DNA of 44,836 nucleotides, filler included, from Clostridia bacterium (GTDB lineage Bacteria > CBDUZB01 > JAGLHV01), in NCBI GenBank assembly GCA_030637025.1. It is 3 parts of 3 records of this genome, joined end to end, with 100 filler letters (N's around TTAATTAATTAA, not from the genome) between each part and the next. Parts side by side here need not be neighbours in the genome. Positions count along the whole stretch, not along the records: positions 1 to 12,797 come from DAOVVV010000052.1; 2 more parts are not named here. The stretch is one strand, 5' to 3'. Positions 1 through 9,854 of this stretch are shown in pieces. The translations under genes and the position numbers were made by a program. Position 1 is the first letter of the stretch. Every line of letters begins with the position of its first letter. The notes below the pieces were generated by a model that did no database searches, had not been told where the DNA came from, and was given only the letters and a program-made list of their open reading frames with translations.

Positions 1-111
1 ATTCTACAAATTTTAAGTATATCCACATTTGAAAAAACACCGCTTTTACAGGCATTTTCAGATTTTGATATTCAAAGAACAGAGCCAGATGCTCAAATGC
101 CCTTATTTTAA
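1..111 (+). CDS. IS4-family transposase, C-terminal fragment (5' part outside window)
   Basis: Frame 1 reads ILQILSISTFEKTPLLQAFSDFDIQRTEPDAQMPLF*, matching the ILQILS..LFEK.P.LQA...Q..LF C-terminus typical of IS4-family transposases. Too short for the ORF track. Confidence 0.7.
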   Translation: MLQILSISTFEKTPLLQAFSDFDIQRTEPDAQMPLF

Positions 112-136
112 AGGCAAAAACATCGGGACAGTAGTG
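1..136 (+). mobile_element. Right end of an IS4-family insertion sequence
   Basis: The transposase stop at 109-111 is followed by CGGGACAGTAGTG (124-136), resembling the ...CGGACAGTAGTG terminal repeats of such elements. The left end is not in the window. Confidence 0.55.
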
Positions 137-162
137 CCCTAACCCCCTTTTTCAAAGGGGGG
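137..162. repeat. CCCCCTTT/AAAGGGGG hairpin repeat with C-rich tail
   Basis: ccctaa-cccccttt-ttc-aaaggggg. A related copy lies in the opposite orientation at 5471-5499. Confidence 0.6.
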
Positions 163-179
163 AAAACTATTGTTTAACT

Positions 180-298
180 GTAGTCTTTGTGTCTTTTATC
201 TTTGTCTTTTGTTTTTATCTGTTGTCTGTAATCTGTAATCTATGGACTATGGACTGTCGACTATGGACTTTTGTTTCTTTTTTTAATCTATGGACTAT
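180..298. repeat. Short tandem repeat tract (TTTGTC-like hexamers plus CTATGGA heptamers)
   Basis: The 30-mer ctatggactatggactgtcgactatggact at 240-269 is identical at 6727-6756 and has a variant at 10189-10218. Confidence 0.85.
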
Positions 299-302
299 TT
301 AT

Positions 303-3032
303 CTATTTCACCACCACTATCTTTTTCGTGTCTTTAAATCCCGGAGCTATTATATGCACTAGATATAACCCACTGGCTACGAATTTACCGTCTTTATTTC
401 GGCCATCCCAGTTTATTGACCCGGCGCCCTCAGATTCTTCCCCATCCACCAGTACACAAACCAATTCTCCGGCTATATTATAAATTTTAATACTCACCCG
501 GCCGGCCTGCAACAACTCATATCTGACCGTAACCGGTCTATCTTTTACGGGATTAAAAACATTATTCCAGAGAATGAGTTTGTTAGCAGATGCTGAGGTT
601 TTTAAATAATTAGAAGGCCCTGTTAAATAATTATTTCCCCATTTATTTTTAAGGCTAATTTCTACATATATTGTTCCTACTGCCGGATAATTTGTCTTTA
701 TATCGCCTAAACTGATTATCCCGTCTATTTCCCCTTTATCCCCATCCAAAGTCAATCCGGAAGTATCAATTCCCCTGGTTAAAATATATCCCGTCTTGTC
801 CTTTACCCGGATATTTTCAATACTCTTAGATCCTATTTCCACCAAACCGGAAAGAATAACCGTCTGACCCTCCCCTCTGCTAATCTGAATACCCCCGGGT
901 ATAAATTCTACCTGTAAGGTATACGGTTTCCATCTGGTAGAAGTAGAGGAAATCCCTGAAACCATAATATAATAAAAATCCGATTGACTAATTCTACTAT
1001 TAATCTCCAGAAGAGGAGAAGGTGTGTAATAATTATAATAACCATCCCAAAAGACCTCATTCGGCCCCTGATAATCAATCCAGTTATGGTCAGAATCAAA
1101 AAGAGATATATCAAAAGCATAATATAAGTTTCCGTACCAAGGATCCGTATTATAAAAAGGCAATCCCAGAGAAATACGAATATTTCCCGGCGCAGCACAA
1201 ACACGATAATAATCACAATCACCGCTATAGGAAATAAAAGAACTGAGGGTCTCTCCTGTTTTTATATCGTAACTTTCAGAAAAAGCATTATTAGGCTCAT
1301 AAGTGTCATTCTCGTCGGCAACAGGATCATTCATATCTTCCAAAGTAATTCCGTGATTGGCAAAAGCCAGCTCTATTACCATCTGATTAGGTGTCCCGTT
1401 AGAAAGGTCGTTATCATCATCATCCGCAAGTAAAATCGCCTGCAGGCCGGTCTGAAAACTATCAGGCTGGAAAAACAAAGAATCAAAAATTGTTTCATTA
1501 ACCGTAGTAGAACTTACTACTGTTCTAAACTCCCACAATGCCCCGGAGTAAATTAAACTATCATCGTGTACTTCTCCTACCCAGTGATCCGGATACTTTT
1601 TAAAGTCAGCTGATAAATCCCTCTGATAAACAACAGGTAAGACCCAATCTCCGATAACAGAATCCTCCGTATAAGTAGCTGCAAAATAATCTGCTAAGGC
1701 CTCATCCATTGCCCCTGACTGCCCATAATAAACTAACTCATAAATATGATGAACTACCGCATGGGTATATTCATGATAAATTACATCACAGGCGTGAGCA
1801 AAATTTCCAAATACCCCTCCTCCATCACCAAAATAAATATTACCGTTAGAAGGGTCGTAATAACAATTAAACGCCCCATCCGATCCAGCCCCATTATTAT
1901 GTACCCAGGCCTCCATCTGATAATCTACCCCAGTAAAGGAACTCACTACCTGGCTAAAATAACGGTGAATAGAGTTTACATGATAAAACATATTTACTTC
2001 AGATGTTTCACTATCTGCGGGCAAATAACTCCAGGTAAAACTGGCTACATCCGTAGAAATAGATACCTCTGGCTGGTCATCATTATAAACCTTAACATAC
2101 GGGCCGGTTAATTGGGAAGTAAAACTGGTTCCGCTGCCTTCACTGTAATATCCATTCTCATCCGTAATTTCTGTTATTGTACCATCTACAACAACATATT
2201 CCCCGGCAAACGGCCTACTTACTAAAGTATCATCTCCATCATTAGGAAAAATCATACCTGAAACCGTGCCAAAACGCAGATTATTATATTTAAATAAAAT
2301 TTCACCCGTATTTGCCTCTACAAAACAAATCCAATCCCCTAAAGGATTGTTTAAACGTATCCTTACCTTCCAGGCTAAGTAATATTTTTCTTTTTCCCGG
2401 TCAGGAAAGACCACCAGTATACTCTGAGGGGTTTTAAGCGGAATGGATTTAATTTGCAAGTCACTTTTTACTAAAGCTAAGGCTTTTTCTTTAGAAATAC
2501 CCGGTTTTGTTTCTAAATCAATCTCGGTAAAATAAGAGGAATTCACTGCCACAATACTATTATCCGCTAAAAGATGAACTAAAACCTTTCCTCTTTCTAC
2601 CGGAATCCCCTGGTAGGTTTGCCTGTATTTAATGTGCCGGTATCTTTTATGCCGGCTTGTTTCTTTTAAATTAAGATTATCAAAATTTATTCTAAATAAA
2701 TCTTTATTTTTAATAATGAAGTTTTTCGCTGCTTCTTCCGGCTTTCCTGCCTGAGGCAATGTTTTATAACCCCAGATACTTTTTATCGCCCCGGTTAAGT
2801 GATTATACTGCATTTTCCATTTTTTACCGTATTTTTCCCTAAAGCGAGTACAGTGCGCAAAGCAGTTGAGATAGGCCTGACTGTTTTTATAAGCGGTTTT
2901 TTTTGCAGTCTGAGTAATAATTTGCCTTTTGCTTTTTTTATATGTTCCGGGAACAATCAAAGCTAATGTTTTTCCTACAGGCAAAAACAGCAGTAAAAGC
3001 AATAAAATAATAATTTTATTTATTCTCTTCAC
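303..3032 (-). CDS. Secreted M4/M36-type (thermolysin-like) zinc metallopeptidase with FTP/PepSY propeptide and C-terminal FlgD-Ig/T9SS-like sorting domain
   Basis: Signal peptide; YRQTYQGIPV (FTP) and YLAWKV (PepSY); HEYTH zinc motif followed by GAMDEALADYF and EVHDDS; DTYEPNN pre-peptidase-like domain; C-terminal NVFNP...IKIYNIAGELV...WDGRN..G..VASGLY...KKIVVVK. Confidence 0.9.
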   Translation of the reverse strand: MKRINKIIILLLLLLFLPVGKTLALIVPGTYKKSKRQIITQTAKKTAYKNSQAYLNCFAHCTRFREKYGKKWKMQYNHLTGAIKSIWGYKTLPQAGKPEEAAKNFIIKNKDLFRINFDNLNLKETSRHKRYRHIKYRQTYQGIPVERGKVLVHLLADNSIVAVNSSYFTEIDLETKPGISKEKALALVKSDLQIKSIPLKTPQSILVVFPDREKEKYYLAWKVRIRLNNPLGDWICFVEANTGEILFKYNNLRFGTVSGMIFPNDGDDTLVSRPFAGEYVVVDGTITEITDENGYYSEGSGTSFTSQLTGPYVKVYNDDQPEVSISTDVASFTWSYLPADSETSEVNMFYHVNSIHRYFSQVVSSFTGVDYQMEAWVHNNGAGSDGAFNCYYDPSNGNIYFGDGGGVFGNFAHACDVIYHEYTHAVVHHIYELVYYGQSGAMDEALADYFAATYTEDSVIGDWVLPVVYQRDLSADFKKYPDHWVGEVHDDSLIYSGALWEFRTVVSSTTVNETIFDSLFFQPDSFQTGLQAILLADDDDNDLSNGTPNQMVIELAFANHGITLEDMNDPVADENDTYEPNNAFSESYDIKTGETLSSFISYSGDCDYYRVCAAPGNIRISLGLPFYNTDPWYGNLYYAFDISLFDSDHNWIDYQGPNEVFWDGYYNYYTPSPLLEINSRISQSDFYYIMVSGISSTSTRWKPYTLQVEFIPGGIQISRGEGQTVILSGLVEIGSKSIENIRVKDKTGYILTRGIDTSGLTLDGDKGEIDGIISLGDIKTNYPAVGTIYVEISLKNKWGNNYLTGPSNYLKTSASANKLILWNNVFNPVKDRPVTVRYELLQAGRVSIKIYNIAGELVCVLVDGEESEGAGSINWDGRNKDGKFVASGLYLVHIIAPGFKDTKKIVVVK

Positions 3033-3059
3033 TCAGTTTTCTCTTTTCATTTTTTTTAA

Positions 3060-4052
3060 TCAATTCAATAAATTTATCTCTCCGGCAACTACTCTTTCCT
3101 TTTTTCCTCCGGATTTTAAAATCAATGCTCCTTCTTTATCAATGTCCACCGCTTTTCCGGTAACAACCTGCTTATCCGGAAAAATTACCTTTATTTTTTT
3201 ACCCAAAACTATTGAATTTTTTTTATACTCTTTTAATAAAAATGTAGTATTTCCTTCTTTAAACTTTAAATAAACTTCTTCCAGATTTCGCAATAGTTCT
3301 TTTAAAAAATTTACCCGGGAAATTTCTCTGCCTAATAATTCATGCAAAGAAACAACTTTATCCCTAAGGCTGACAGGAAATTGTTCTCCGGTAATATTCA
3401 CATTAATACCAAAACTTAAAATAAGATGGTTAATTTTATCCATTTCGGCATTCATTTCTATTAATATTCCGCAAATTTTTTTAAACGGATAATCACCTTT
3501 TTTTTGACATTTAATTACTACATCGTTAGGCCATTTTAAACATGCTTCTATCCCTGTCCTGCTTTTAATCGTCCTGGCTACCACCAGTGCACTAATCAGG
3601 TTCAACTGGGGAATTAAAGCAGGCAAAACATTCGGTTTTAAAAAAACAGAGAACCATACTCCCCCAAACGGAGATTCCCATTTTCTTTGCAACCTCCCCC
3701 TGCCTTGCAACTGTCTTTCAGCAACGACCAAAGTCCCTTCGGGTATCTGCTTTTCAATTAATTTTTTCATCTGGTCAATAGTAGAATCGGTCTGAGAAAA
3801 ATAATAAATTTTTTTCCCTAAAATTTTGGTTCTTAAATTGTTTTGTATTTCTTCGGGCAAAAGAAGATCGGGAATTGCTTCTAATACATATCCCCTTTTC
3901 TTATGTGCGGCGATACTATATCCTTCTTTTCTTAAAGCTCTGATATGTTTCCAAACAGCAGTACGGGAAATCTTTAATTGTTTAGCCAATTCCTCTCCGG
4001 AACAAAACTCATCTTTATTTTTTCTTAGAATAGAAAGAACTCTATTGCTCAA
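3060..4052 (-). CDS. birA: Bifunctional biotin--[acetyl-CoA-carboxylase] ligase / biotin operon repressor
   Basis: N-terminal HTH (SGEELAKQLKISRTAVWKHI), QLQGRGR..RKW, KWPND and KICGILIE motifs. Start moved to TTG at 4052, which has an upstream AAGGGGG SD; the longer ORF start lies inside repeat DNA. Confidence 0.95.
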   Translation of the reverse strand: MSNRVLSILRKNKDEFCSGEELAKQLKISRTAVWKHIRALRKEGYSIAAHKKRGYVLEAIPDLLLPEEIQNNLRTKILGKKIYYFSQTDSTIDQMKKLIEKQIPEGTLVVAERQLQGRGRLQRKWESPFGGVWFSVFLKPNVLPALIPQLNLISALVVARTIKSRTGIEACLKWPNDVVIKCQKKGDYPFKKICGILIEMNAEMDKINHLILSFGINVNITGEQFPVSLRDKVVSLHELLGREISRVNFLKELLRNLEEVYLKFKEGNTTFLLKEYKKNSIVLGKKIKVIFPDKQVVTGKAVDIDKEGALILKSGGKKERVVAGEINLLN

Positions 4053-4107
4053 AATATTCCCCCTTTTTTCAATTTTTATATAGACTTCTGCAAAATACAA
4101 TATTCTG

Positions 4108-4243
4108 CTTGCCTGCCAGACAGTAAGGCGGGTCATTCCGCACTCGGAGACTGTGTCGTAATTCTGATTTTTATGTGGTAGCCGCAGGCTTCAGCCTGCG
4201 TTCTCGACGGAGAAATTCCGCAGGCTAAAGCCTGCGACTACCA
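4108..4243. repeat. Composite repeat cluster: 24-bp mini-insert, GTCATTCC repeat half, AGACTGTGTC end, and inverted GTAG-REP doublet
   Basis: GTAGCCGCAGGCTTCAGCCTGCG (4178-4200) and the inverted CGCAGGCTAAAGCCTGCGACTAC (4219-4241); cttgcctgcc...ggcgg at 4108-4131; agactgtgtcgtaa at 4148-4161. Confidence 0.8.
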
Positions 4244-4266
4244 AAAATTTGTCTTTTATCTTTTCC

Positions 4267-4311
4267 AACCAATAAAACCAATAAAACCAATCTAAACCAA
4301 TTCAACCAATT
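4267..4311. repeat. AACCAATAA-type 9-mer tandem repeat
   Basis: aaccaataa-aaccaataa-aaccaatcta-aaccaattc-aaccaat. Similar tracts near 6783-6810, 8137-8168 and, reversed, near 17990-18035. Confidence 0.75.
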
Positions 4312-4333
4312 AAACTGTCTTTATCAACCGTCT

Positions 4334-5254
4334 TCACTTTATCTCCATACTTATATCCAACGCCTTTGGTTCGGAAGTAAGCTTGCCAATGGAAATTCTC
4401 TCTATCCCCAACAAAGCAAGTTGTTTTATATTTTCTAAATTTATTCCCCCGGAAACTTCAATAAGAGGCAGCAAAACGCTTTCTTTATTCCTCTTTTGAT
4501 GTATCATTTCTACTGCTTTCCTGAGTATTTCTCCCCTCATATTATCCAACATAATAATATCCACATCCAGTTTTATTACCTGTTTTAGTTGACTTATATT
4601 TTCTACTTCAACCTCAATCTTTATTTTTTTAGGCATTTTTTTTCTTACTTTTTTTATTAAACTTTCTAATTCTTTTCCATTCTCCAACGAATTAAAGGCA
4701 GACTTAATTACCTGCAAGTGATTATCCTTTACCAATACCATATCATAAAGTCCCATCCGATGATTATGGCCTCCTCCGCAGCGTACTGCATATTTTTCTA
4801 AATATCTTAAACCCGGGGTCATCTTCCTGGTATCAATAATTTTCGGAGAATGTTTGAGCTTCAGGGAACTAACTACATCAACATAACTACCGGTTAAAGC
4901 AGCAATCCCGGATAAACGCTGTAGAAAATTTAAAGCCACTCTCTCCGCAGTCAGAATCACTCTCGCATCTCCGGAAATTTCCGCTATTTTCTGCCCTCTT
5001 TTTACCCTTTCCCCGTCTTTCACCTTTGCAATAAATTTGACGCCTTTACCCTGATGATTTTTGTTAACCACCTCAAAGACCCGACGAGCTATAGTCATAC
5101 CACAAATTACCCCCGGCTCATGCACTAAAACCATCGCCTTAGTTTTTGCCCGGGCAGAAACTAAAAATCCGGTAGTAATATCCCCGCTGCCAATATCCTC
5201 CTCCAGGGCTAACTTAATAATCCGCTCTACCTGCATATTTTCTTTTTTATTCAT
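4334..5254 (-). CDS. nadC: Nicotinate-nucleotide diphosphorylase (carboxylating), quinolinate phosphoribosyltransferase
   Basis: ALEEDIGSGDITT, AERVALNFLQRLSGIA, DTRK, HRMGLYD..LVKDNH, IEVEV, IMLDNM and EVSGGI motifs. Confidence 0.97.
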   Translation of the reverse strand: MNKKENMQVERIIKLALEEDIGSGDITTGFLVSARAKTKAMVLVHEPGVICGMTIARRVFEVVNKNHQGKGVKFIAKVKDGERVKRGQKIAEISGDARVILTAERVALNFLQRLSGIAALTGSYVDVVSSLKLKHSPKIIDTRKMTPGLRYLEKYAVRCGGGHNHRMGLYDMVLVKDNHLQVIKSAFNSLENGKELESLIKKVRKKMPKKIKIEVEVENISQLKQVIKLDVDIIMLDNMRGEILRKAVEMIHQKRNKESVLLPLIEVSGGINLENIKQLALLGIERISIGKLTSEPKALDISMEIK

Positions 5255-5470
5255 AAATTAAACCTATATTTAAAATAATTAACAAAATATATTTTACCAG
5301 TTTAATTTATTTTTTGCAATAACAAAAAAACAATTAAATCAATTTTATTAATAATGAAAAAAATTAATAGGCAACTAGATTATAGGCATTTTTTTTAATA
5401 GGGAAAAACAAGTACTTTTAACAAAAAACTTTGAACTTATTCCAGCTATAAATGAATTGATAAATAATTT

Positions 5471-5499
5471 CCCCCTTTGAAAAAGGGGGGTAGGGGGAT
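5471..5499. repeat. CCCCCTTT/AAAGGGGG hairpin repeat with G-rich tail
   Basis: cccccttt-gaa-aaagggggg-tagggggat; reverse-orientation relative of 137-162. Confidence 0.6.
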
Positions 5500-5598
5500 T
5501 TATTTAGGGAGTTAAAATACAACGTGAATTTAAAACAGTGTTATGGGCACACGGTTATGGGAAAAACAATCAAGCCTCTGTGGTTATTACTAATGGGT

Positions 5599-6471
5599 TT
5601 AATCGGATGAACTCGTCGGGGATTTTTCTGTATCCCCTTCTTTCAACCGTTTAATAACGGTTTTCAAGGCAGAAGCCATTTTAGTCTTGGGATATTTTTC
5701 AATATACATCTCATACATTTCTATTGCTCTTTCTAATTGATTAAGCCCTTTTTGATAAACTAACCCTATACTAACTAACGCTCTCACTCCTTCCGGTGTC
5801 TTCGGGTAATCATTATGTAATACCCACAAACCGTCTATTACTTTTTCCCAGTTTTTTTGGCTTTCATAACAGCGAATAATAAACCCCTGGGATAAATAAG
5901 CCAACGGGGTTTTGGGATTTTCTTTTATTAAATTTCTATAATTTGCAATTGCATCCTCAAGTTCTCTTTTTGCTTCAGAAGGAGGCCTTTTACGCTGAGA
6001 ATAACCGACAATATAAAAAGGAATAGCTAATCCCGCACGGGTCTGGGTATAATTATTAAATGCTTTTTTATATTCAACATAAGCTTTCTCCCAATTGTCT
6101 CTTTCCTCATAACATTTACCAATATTTACCTGAGAACTGGCACATATTTTTTTATTCTCCGGATGTTCTTCTAAAACCTTTCTAAACATTTCTTCGGCTG
6201 TTTTAAAATCCTTTTTAGCCACATAAAGCAAACCCATTTTAAACCTTGCTTCTCCGGAGTATATTTTTTTAGGGTATTTCTTTATTATCTTTTCATAAGC
6301 GGTAAAAACCTCTGCATACTGTCCTTCAGGAATTACTTTAGGATCCTGAAATATCTTATTGGCCTTTTGATTGGCTTTCCATAATAACCGCTCCGCATTA
6401 TAGCTTCTGCTACAACCGGTTAAAAACAACCCCACAAAAATTATCATCAACCCCAATAAAACTTTCTTCAT
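5599..6471 (-). CDS. Tetratricopeptide-repeat lipoprotein (BamD/YfiO-like TPR fold)
   Basis: ATG at 6471 with GGAGG SD; lipobox LTGC; multiple TPR units ending in YP (KKYP, EEHP, ENP, NDYP, EKYP). Confidence 0.85.
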   Translation of the reverse strand: MKKVLLGLMIIFVGLFLTGCSRSYNAERLLWKANQKANKIFQDPKVIPEGQYAEVFTAYEKIIKKYPKKIYSGEARFKMGLLYVAKKDFKTAEEMFRKVLEEHPENKKICASSQVNIGKCYEERDNWEKAYVEYKKAFNNYTQTRAGLAIPFYIVGYSQRKRPPSEAKRELEDAIANYRNLIKENPKTPLAYLSQGFIIRCYESQKNWEKVIDGLWVLHNDYPKTPEGVRALVSIGLVYQKGLNQLERAIEMYEMYIEKYPKTKMASALKTVIKRLKEGDTEKSPTSSSD

Positions 6472-6540
6472 CTTTCCTCCTCTTTCACACAAACAACCAA
6501 TAATAATAATTAAATCCGAAATTATCCGTCTCCCAAATGG

Positions 6541-6810
6541 TGTCACAAATAGTCATATACTCACTTCGTTCGTGTCACACATTGTCATAAACTATATTTA
6601 ACTATTACTTGACTACTTGTGACTATTTATTAATACTATTTGCCATTCGCCATCTTTTGTCTTTTGTTTTGAATTTAGTATTTTGGATGTAGAATTTGTC
6701 TTTTGTCTTTTATCTGTTGTTTTTGTCTATGGACTATGGACTGTCGACTATGGACTATCCTTTGCCGTTGTCCTATCTTTTAACCAATAAAACAAATCTA
6801 AACCAATACA
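6541..6810. repeat. Intergenic tract of mixed short tandem repeats (TGTCAC/GTGACTA inverted arrays, TTTGTC hexamers, CTATGGA heptamers, AACCAATAA nonamers)
   Basis: tgtcacaaatagtcat...tgactacttgtgactattt; the 30-mer at 6727-6756 is identical to 240-269. Confidence 0.75.
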
Positions 6811-6838
6811 ACTAACTAATAGAAAAATAATTAAAAAA

Positions 6839-7705
6839 TTATTTTTCTTCTATATCCTTATTCATCAAAAACAAGGTTGTCACCGAAGTAGTAACTATAT
6901 AATTAGCGAATAAAGAAACAATAATCCCCAAAACCAAAATACAAAGGGCTATCTCCGGAAAAAACTGCCTCATTAAATAAGGAATCTTCCATTTTACGAT
7001 AGACATTAAGAAAATTAAAAAGACAGGTATTGCCACCAACATAAAAGTAGGAAATAAAAATTTCTTAGTCATAAAAAAACTTCTCTTTATCGCCTGCCAG
7101 GCATTTTTGCCTTCAATCATTACCACCGGGGCTGTATAAGCAAAAAACATTTCTATCAAAATACTAATTAAAATACTGCCGGTAAAAGCCATTCTGAATA
7201 TATTCCCCCGGTTAAAAAAACCTGTTTTTTGAAAATAATATTTCAAAATAAAAAATTTCGGCAATCTAAAAACAATAGACACCAATATAAAAGCTACTAT
7301 CCAAACAGCCACCAGGGTTACATATTTTTTAATTGACTTCTTTAAATTACTGCGCACGCCGGGAAAAATATTTTTATTTACCTGATAAATCATACTTACC
7401 ATCATTCCGGTCATCCAGGACCCAATGAAAAGGGAAATTATTATATTTCCATAATTAAACAACCGAGGCATAAGCAAAAAATTAGCCGGATAATGCAAGT
7501 ATAATTCTCCAAAAAAAGCTCTAATCGGCGGGGCTAAAACAATGGAAAAAGGAAATTGAGTAGCCCAAAATAATAAAAGAAGCAACGAACCCTGGAAAAA
7601 AGCAACTACACCAAAGGGCACAAGAACACGAAAATGATTACCCATAATTTTAAAACTTGTTTTCCACACCAAAATAATTAATTTCAATTGCTTTAAAATA
7701 ACCAC
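6839..7705 (-). CDS. Multi-pass integral membrane protein of unknown function
   Basis: GTG start with AGGAGG SD; about 6 hydrophobic segments; the APVVMIEGKNAWQAIKRSF motif resembles DUF975/GDPD membrane-domain proteins. Confidence 0.8.
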   Translation of the reverse strand: MVILKQLKLIILVWKTSFKIMGNHFRVLVPFGVVAFFQGSLLLLLFWATQFPFSIVLAPPIRAFFGELYLHYPANFLLMPRLFNYGNIIISLFIGSWMTGMMVSMIYQVNKNIFPGVRSNLKKSIKKYVTLVAVWIVAFILVSIVFRLPKFFILKYYFQKTGFFNRGNIFRMAFTGSILISILIEMFFAYTAPVVMIEGKNAWQAIKRSFFMTKKFLFPTFMLVAIPVFLIFLMSIVKWKIPYLMRQFFPEIALCILVLGIIVSLFANYIVTTSVTTLFLMNKDIEEK

Positions 7706-7757
7706 TTAATTAACCTCCTAAAAACAAAAAAAGTCCAAAAACCCTAACCTAAAATGA

Positions 7758-7786
7758 ATTATACTAACTCACATCCCCTTTGTCAA
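7758..7786 (-). promoter_or_regulatory. Sigma70-type promoter for the 6839-7705 gene
   Basis: Minus strand reads TTGACA-17 nt-TATAAT, a perfect consensus. Confidence 0.75.
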
Positions 7787-7842
7787 TAAAATTCACTTCC
7801 CTGTCGATATCTTTTTTTCCTATGCTATCCTTCCAAAAAAAC

Positions 7843-8030
7843 ATAGTTGCCTGATGAACTTGTACTGAGTGTAATTGAAGTATCAGACCTTCTTTACTTT
7901 ATTCCTTTAAAGTTTAAAGTCTCTCCTGTTGTTCATCCATTCTAACCCTAAAAAATCAAACCTATTTTCTTTTATTTCCTTATTGTAGTTACTCCTTTTA
8001 CCTGTCCGCCGTTAGTTTGCAGGATGAAGC
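7843..8030. repeat. Two degenerate GTAG-type REP palindromes, each with a 23-bp insert in its loop
   Basis: atagttgcctgatgaa[cttgtactgagtgtaattgaagt]atcagac and gtagttactcctttta[cctgtccgccgttagtttgcagg]atgaagc. Confidence 0.55.
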
Positions 8031-8070
8031 TATCTTTTAATATTCCCACCAGATAAAGGATTCCCTTTCT

Positions 8071-8111
8071 AAATAAAAAGAGGCAAAAGAGTTACCCTTA
8101 ACTCTTTTGCC
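8071..8111 (-). terminator. Intrinsic terminator downstream of the PEP-CTERM gene
   Basis: Minus strand: GGCAAAAGAGTTA-aggg-TAACTCTTTTGCC followed by TCTTTTTATTT. Confidence 0.8.
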
Positions 8112-8176
8112 CATAATCAACTTTTAAAATTTTTTCCCACCAATTTAAACAAATAAAACTAATAAAACAGCTCAGC

Positions 8177-8803
8177 TTAACTTTTCTTTAATTTTCTTTT
8201 TCCAAATCCAACCAGACCCAAAAGCCCAGTACCCAAAAGCAACATACTCGCCGGCTCAGGAATCGGAGGACCATCAATATCATATTTTAAATCATCCCAG
8301 GCACAACCCCACATAATTTGAGTCAAAATTACATACTTAATATTACTATAAGGTAAAAGCTGCGTTCTATAATCCCCAAAATAATGATCAGGAGACAACA
8401 CTGATCCCCCAAAAACACCTGTATCAACCAGACCTAATGATGTCATACCAGAATCAAATGCTTCCATGGAAAATCTATCAAGGTCACTACCCTTATCTCC
8501 TCCAACTATTGACACATTACTAACAAGAGAATCAAAAGTAAGTGTAAGATATCTTCCCGCAGACCAACTTGAAGCAGCTATGCAATTATAAGGAGAACTA
8601 CAACCAGTTCCTTCAACCCCACCAGCAAAAACTTCCACCATCCCATCTGTCCCGGTAATAGTGACATCTCCCAAATCCAACCCATGAATATTATCGCCAC
8701 CACTAAATGAATCAAAATTAACTACAACAGCTCCAGCGTCTAAAACTCCTACTGCACCAAAAACTAACACTGTCATACAAAACATTACCAAAAACTTTTT
8801 CAT
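8177..8803 (-). CDS. PEP-CTERM sorting domain protein
   Basis: Signal peptide; C-terminal IPEPASMLLLGTGLLGLVGFGKRKLKKS (PEP, TM helix, basic tail); GGAGG SD. Confidence 0.93.
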   Translation of the reverse strand: MKKFLVMFCMTVLVFGAVGVLDAGAVVVNFDSFSGGDNIHGLDLGDVTITGTDGMVEVFAGGVEGTGCSSPYNCIAASSWSAGRYLTLTFDSLVSNVSIVGGDKGSDLDRFSMEAFDSGMTSLGLVDTGVFGGSVLSPDHYFGDYRTQLLPYSNIKYVILTQIMWGCAWDDLKYDIDGPPIPEPASMLLLGTGLLGLVGFGKRKLKKS

Positions 8804-8909
8804 TTTTTTTCACCTCCTTTTTTTTATAATCAATAAAATATTTACTAAAAAAACAACCAATAACAATTGATGTTAATTAATAAATCTTCTATATAATAAA
8901 CCACACCTT

Positions 8910-8938
8910 ATTTTACTAAACTACATATTACTTGTCAA
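8910..8938 (-). promoter_or_regulatory. Sigma70-type promoter
   Basis: Minus strand reads TTGACA-17 nt-TAAAAT upstream of 8803. Confidence 0.6.
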
Positions 8939-9032
8939 GAAAATTTTTTATACATAATTTATCGATTATAAACGATTTTTTTTGTCTTTTATCTGAGGGC
9001 TATCAACTTTTGTTTAGTTTTTTGTCTATGGA

Positions 9033-9650
9033 CTATTTCTTCTTCCTCAATCCAACCAAACCTAATAAACCCGTCCCCAAAAGTAACATACTCGCCGGCT
9101 CAGGAACCGGAGGACAAGAAGAAAGATGACAATTCCCATCAAATAAAGCATAACTATCTTCATCATTACCAGTATTTACACCTAATTCAAAAATATATTT
9201 ACCCCTAATATTTGAACCTGCTGTCCACTCCCATTCAAACCAACCCGATTCCATAACATCCCTCTCACAAAGAATTCCAACATAATCGCTATCAACCCCA
9301 AATATCTTCACCCACAAAGAAGTATTACTACCACTCCCAAATGCTGTGAATCCGAATAAAGTATCACCTTTATTTAATTCAATGGTCTGACGAAGAATAG
9401 TAGAACTTCCCACCCCGTCTGTTTTTAGTAAAGCAAAATAGTTTCCTCCCACTTCTTTGGGAAAATAATCTACACCATTTGATGAGTATTGGTTAACAAC
9501 TTCGGCAGATCCGCCTACAGGAACATTTTGTGTCCACCCATAAAAATCTCCTGTTTCAAAACCACCGTTTACCAATAAAGCACTTGCCGGTAATTGAACT
9601 AAACTTACTGCCAGAACGGCCAGAACTAATACTAATATCCCCCTTTTCAT
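9033..9650 (-). CDS. PEP-CTERM sorting domain protein
   Basis: Signal peptide; LLVNGGFETGDFYGW carbohydrate-binding-like start; C-terminal VPEPASMLLLGTGLLGLVGLRKKK. Confidence 0.93.
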   Translation of the reverse strand: MKRGILVLVLAVLAVSLVQLPASALLVNGGFETGDFYGWTQNVPVGGSAEVVNQYSSNGVDYFPKEVGGNYFALLKTDGVGSSTILRQTIELNKGDTLFGFTAFGSGSNTSLWVKIFGVDSDYVGILCERDVMESGWFEWEWTAGSNIRGKYIFELGVNTGNDEDSYALFDGNCHLSSCPPVPEPASMLLLGTGLLGLVGLRKKK

Positions 9651-9854
9651 CTATTTCCCCCTTTTTAAAACTCCCAAATTTTTTAAATTATAATTTTAAA
9701 ATCTCTTAATTATAACAAAATTGTAACAAATTTATACAGCATTTGTCAACGAAAATTTGACCTTTTCCCCATTTTAAATTTCTTTTCCAACCCATACAAT
9801 CAATCGCATCTAATAATGAACCTCCCCGCAGCAAGCTGCGGAGTATCAATCAAT

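Noticed and set aside
4053-4136. N-terminal extension of BirA in the ORF track (similarly 6472-6546 for the TPR lipoprotein)
   Set aside because: The upstream starts fall in or beside repeat DNA. SD-supported starts at 4052 and 6471 give canonical N-termini.
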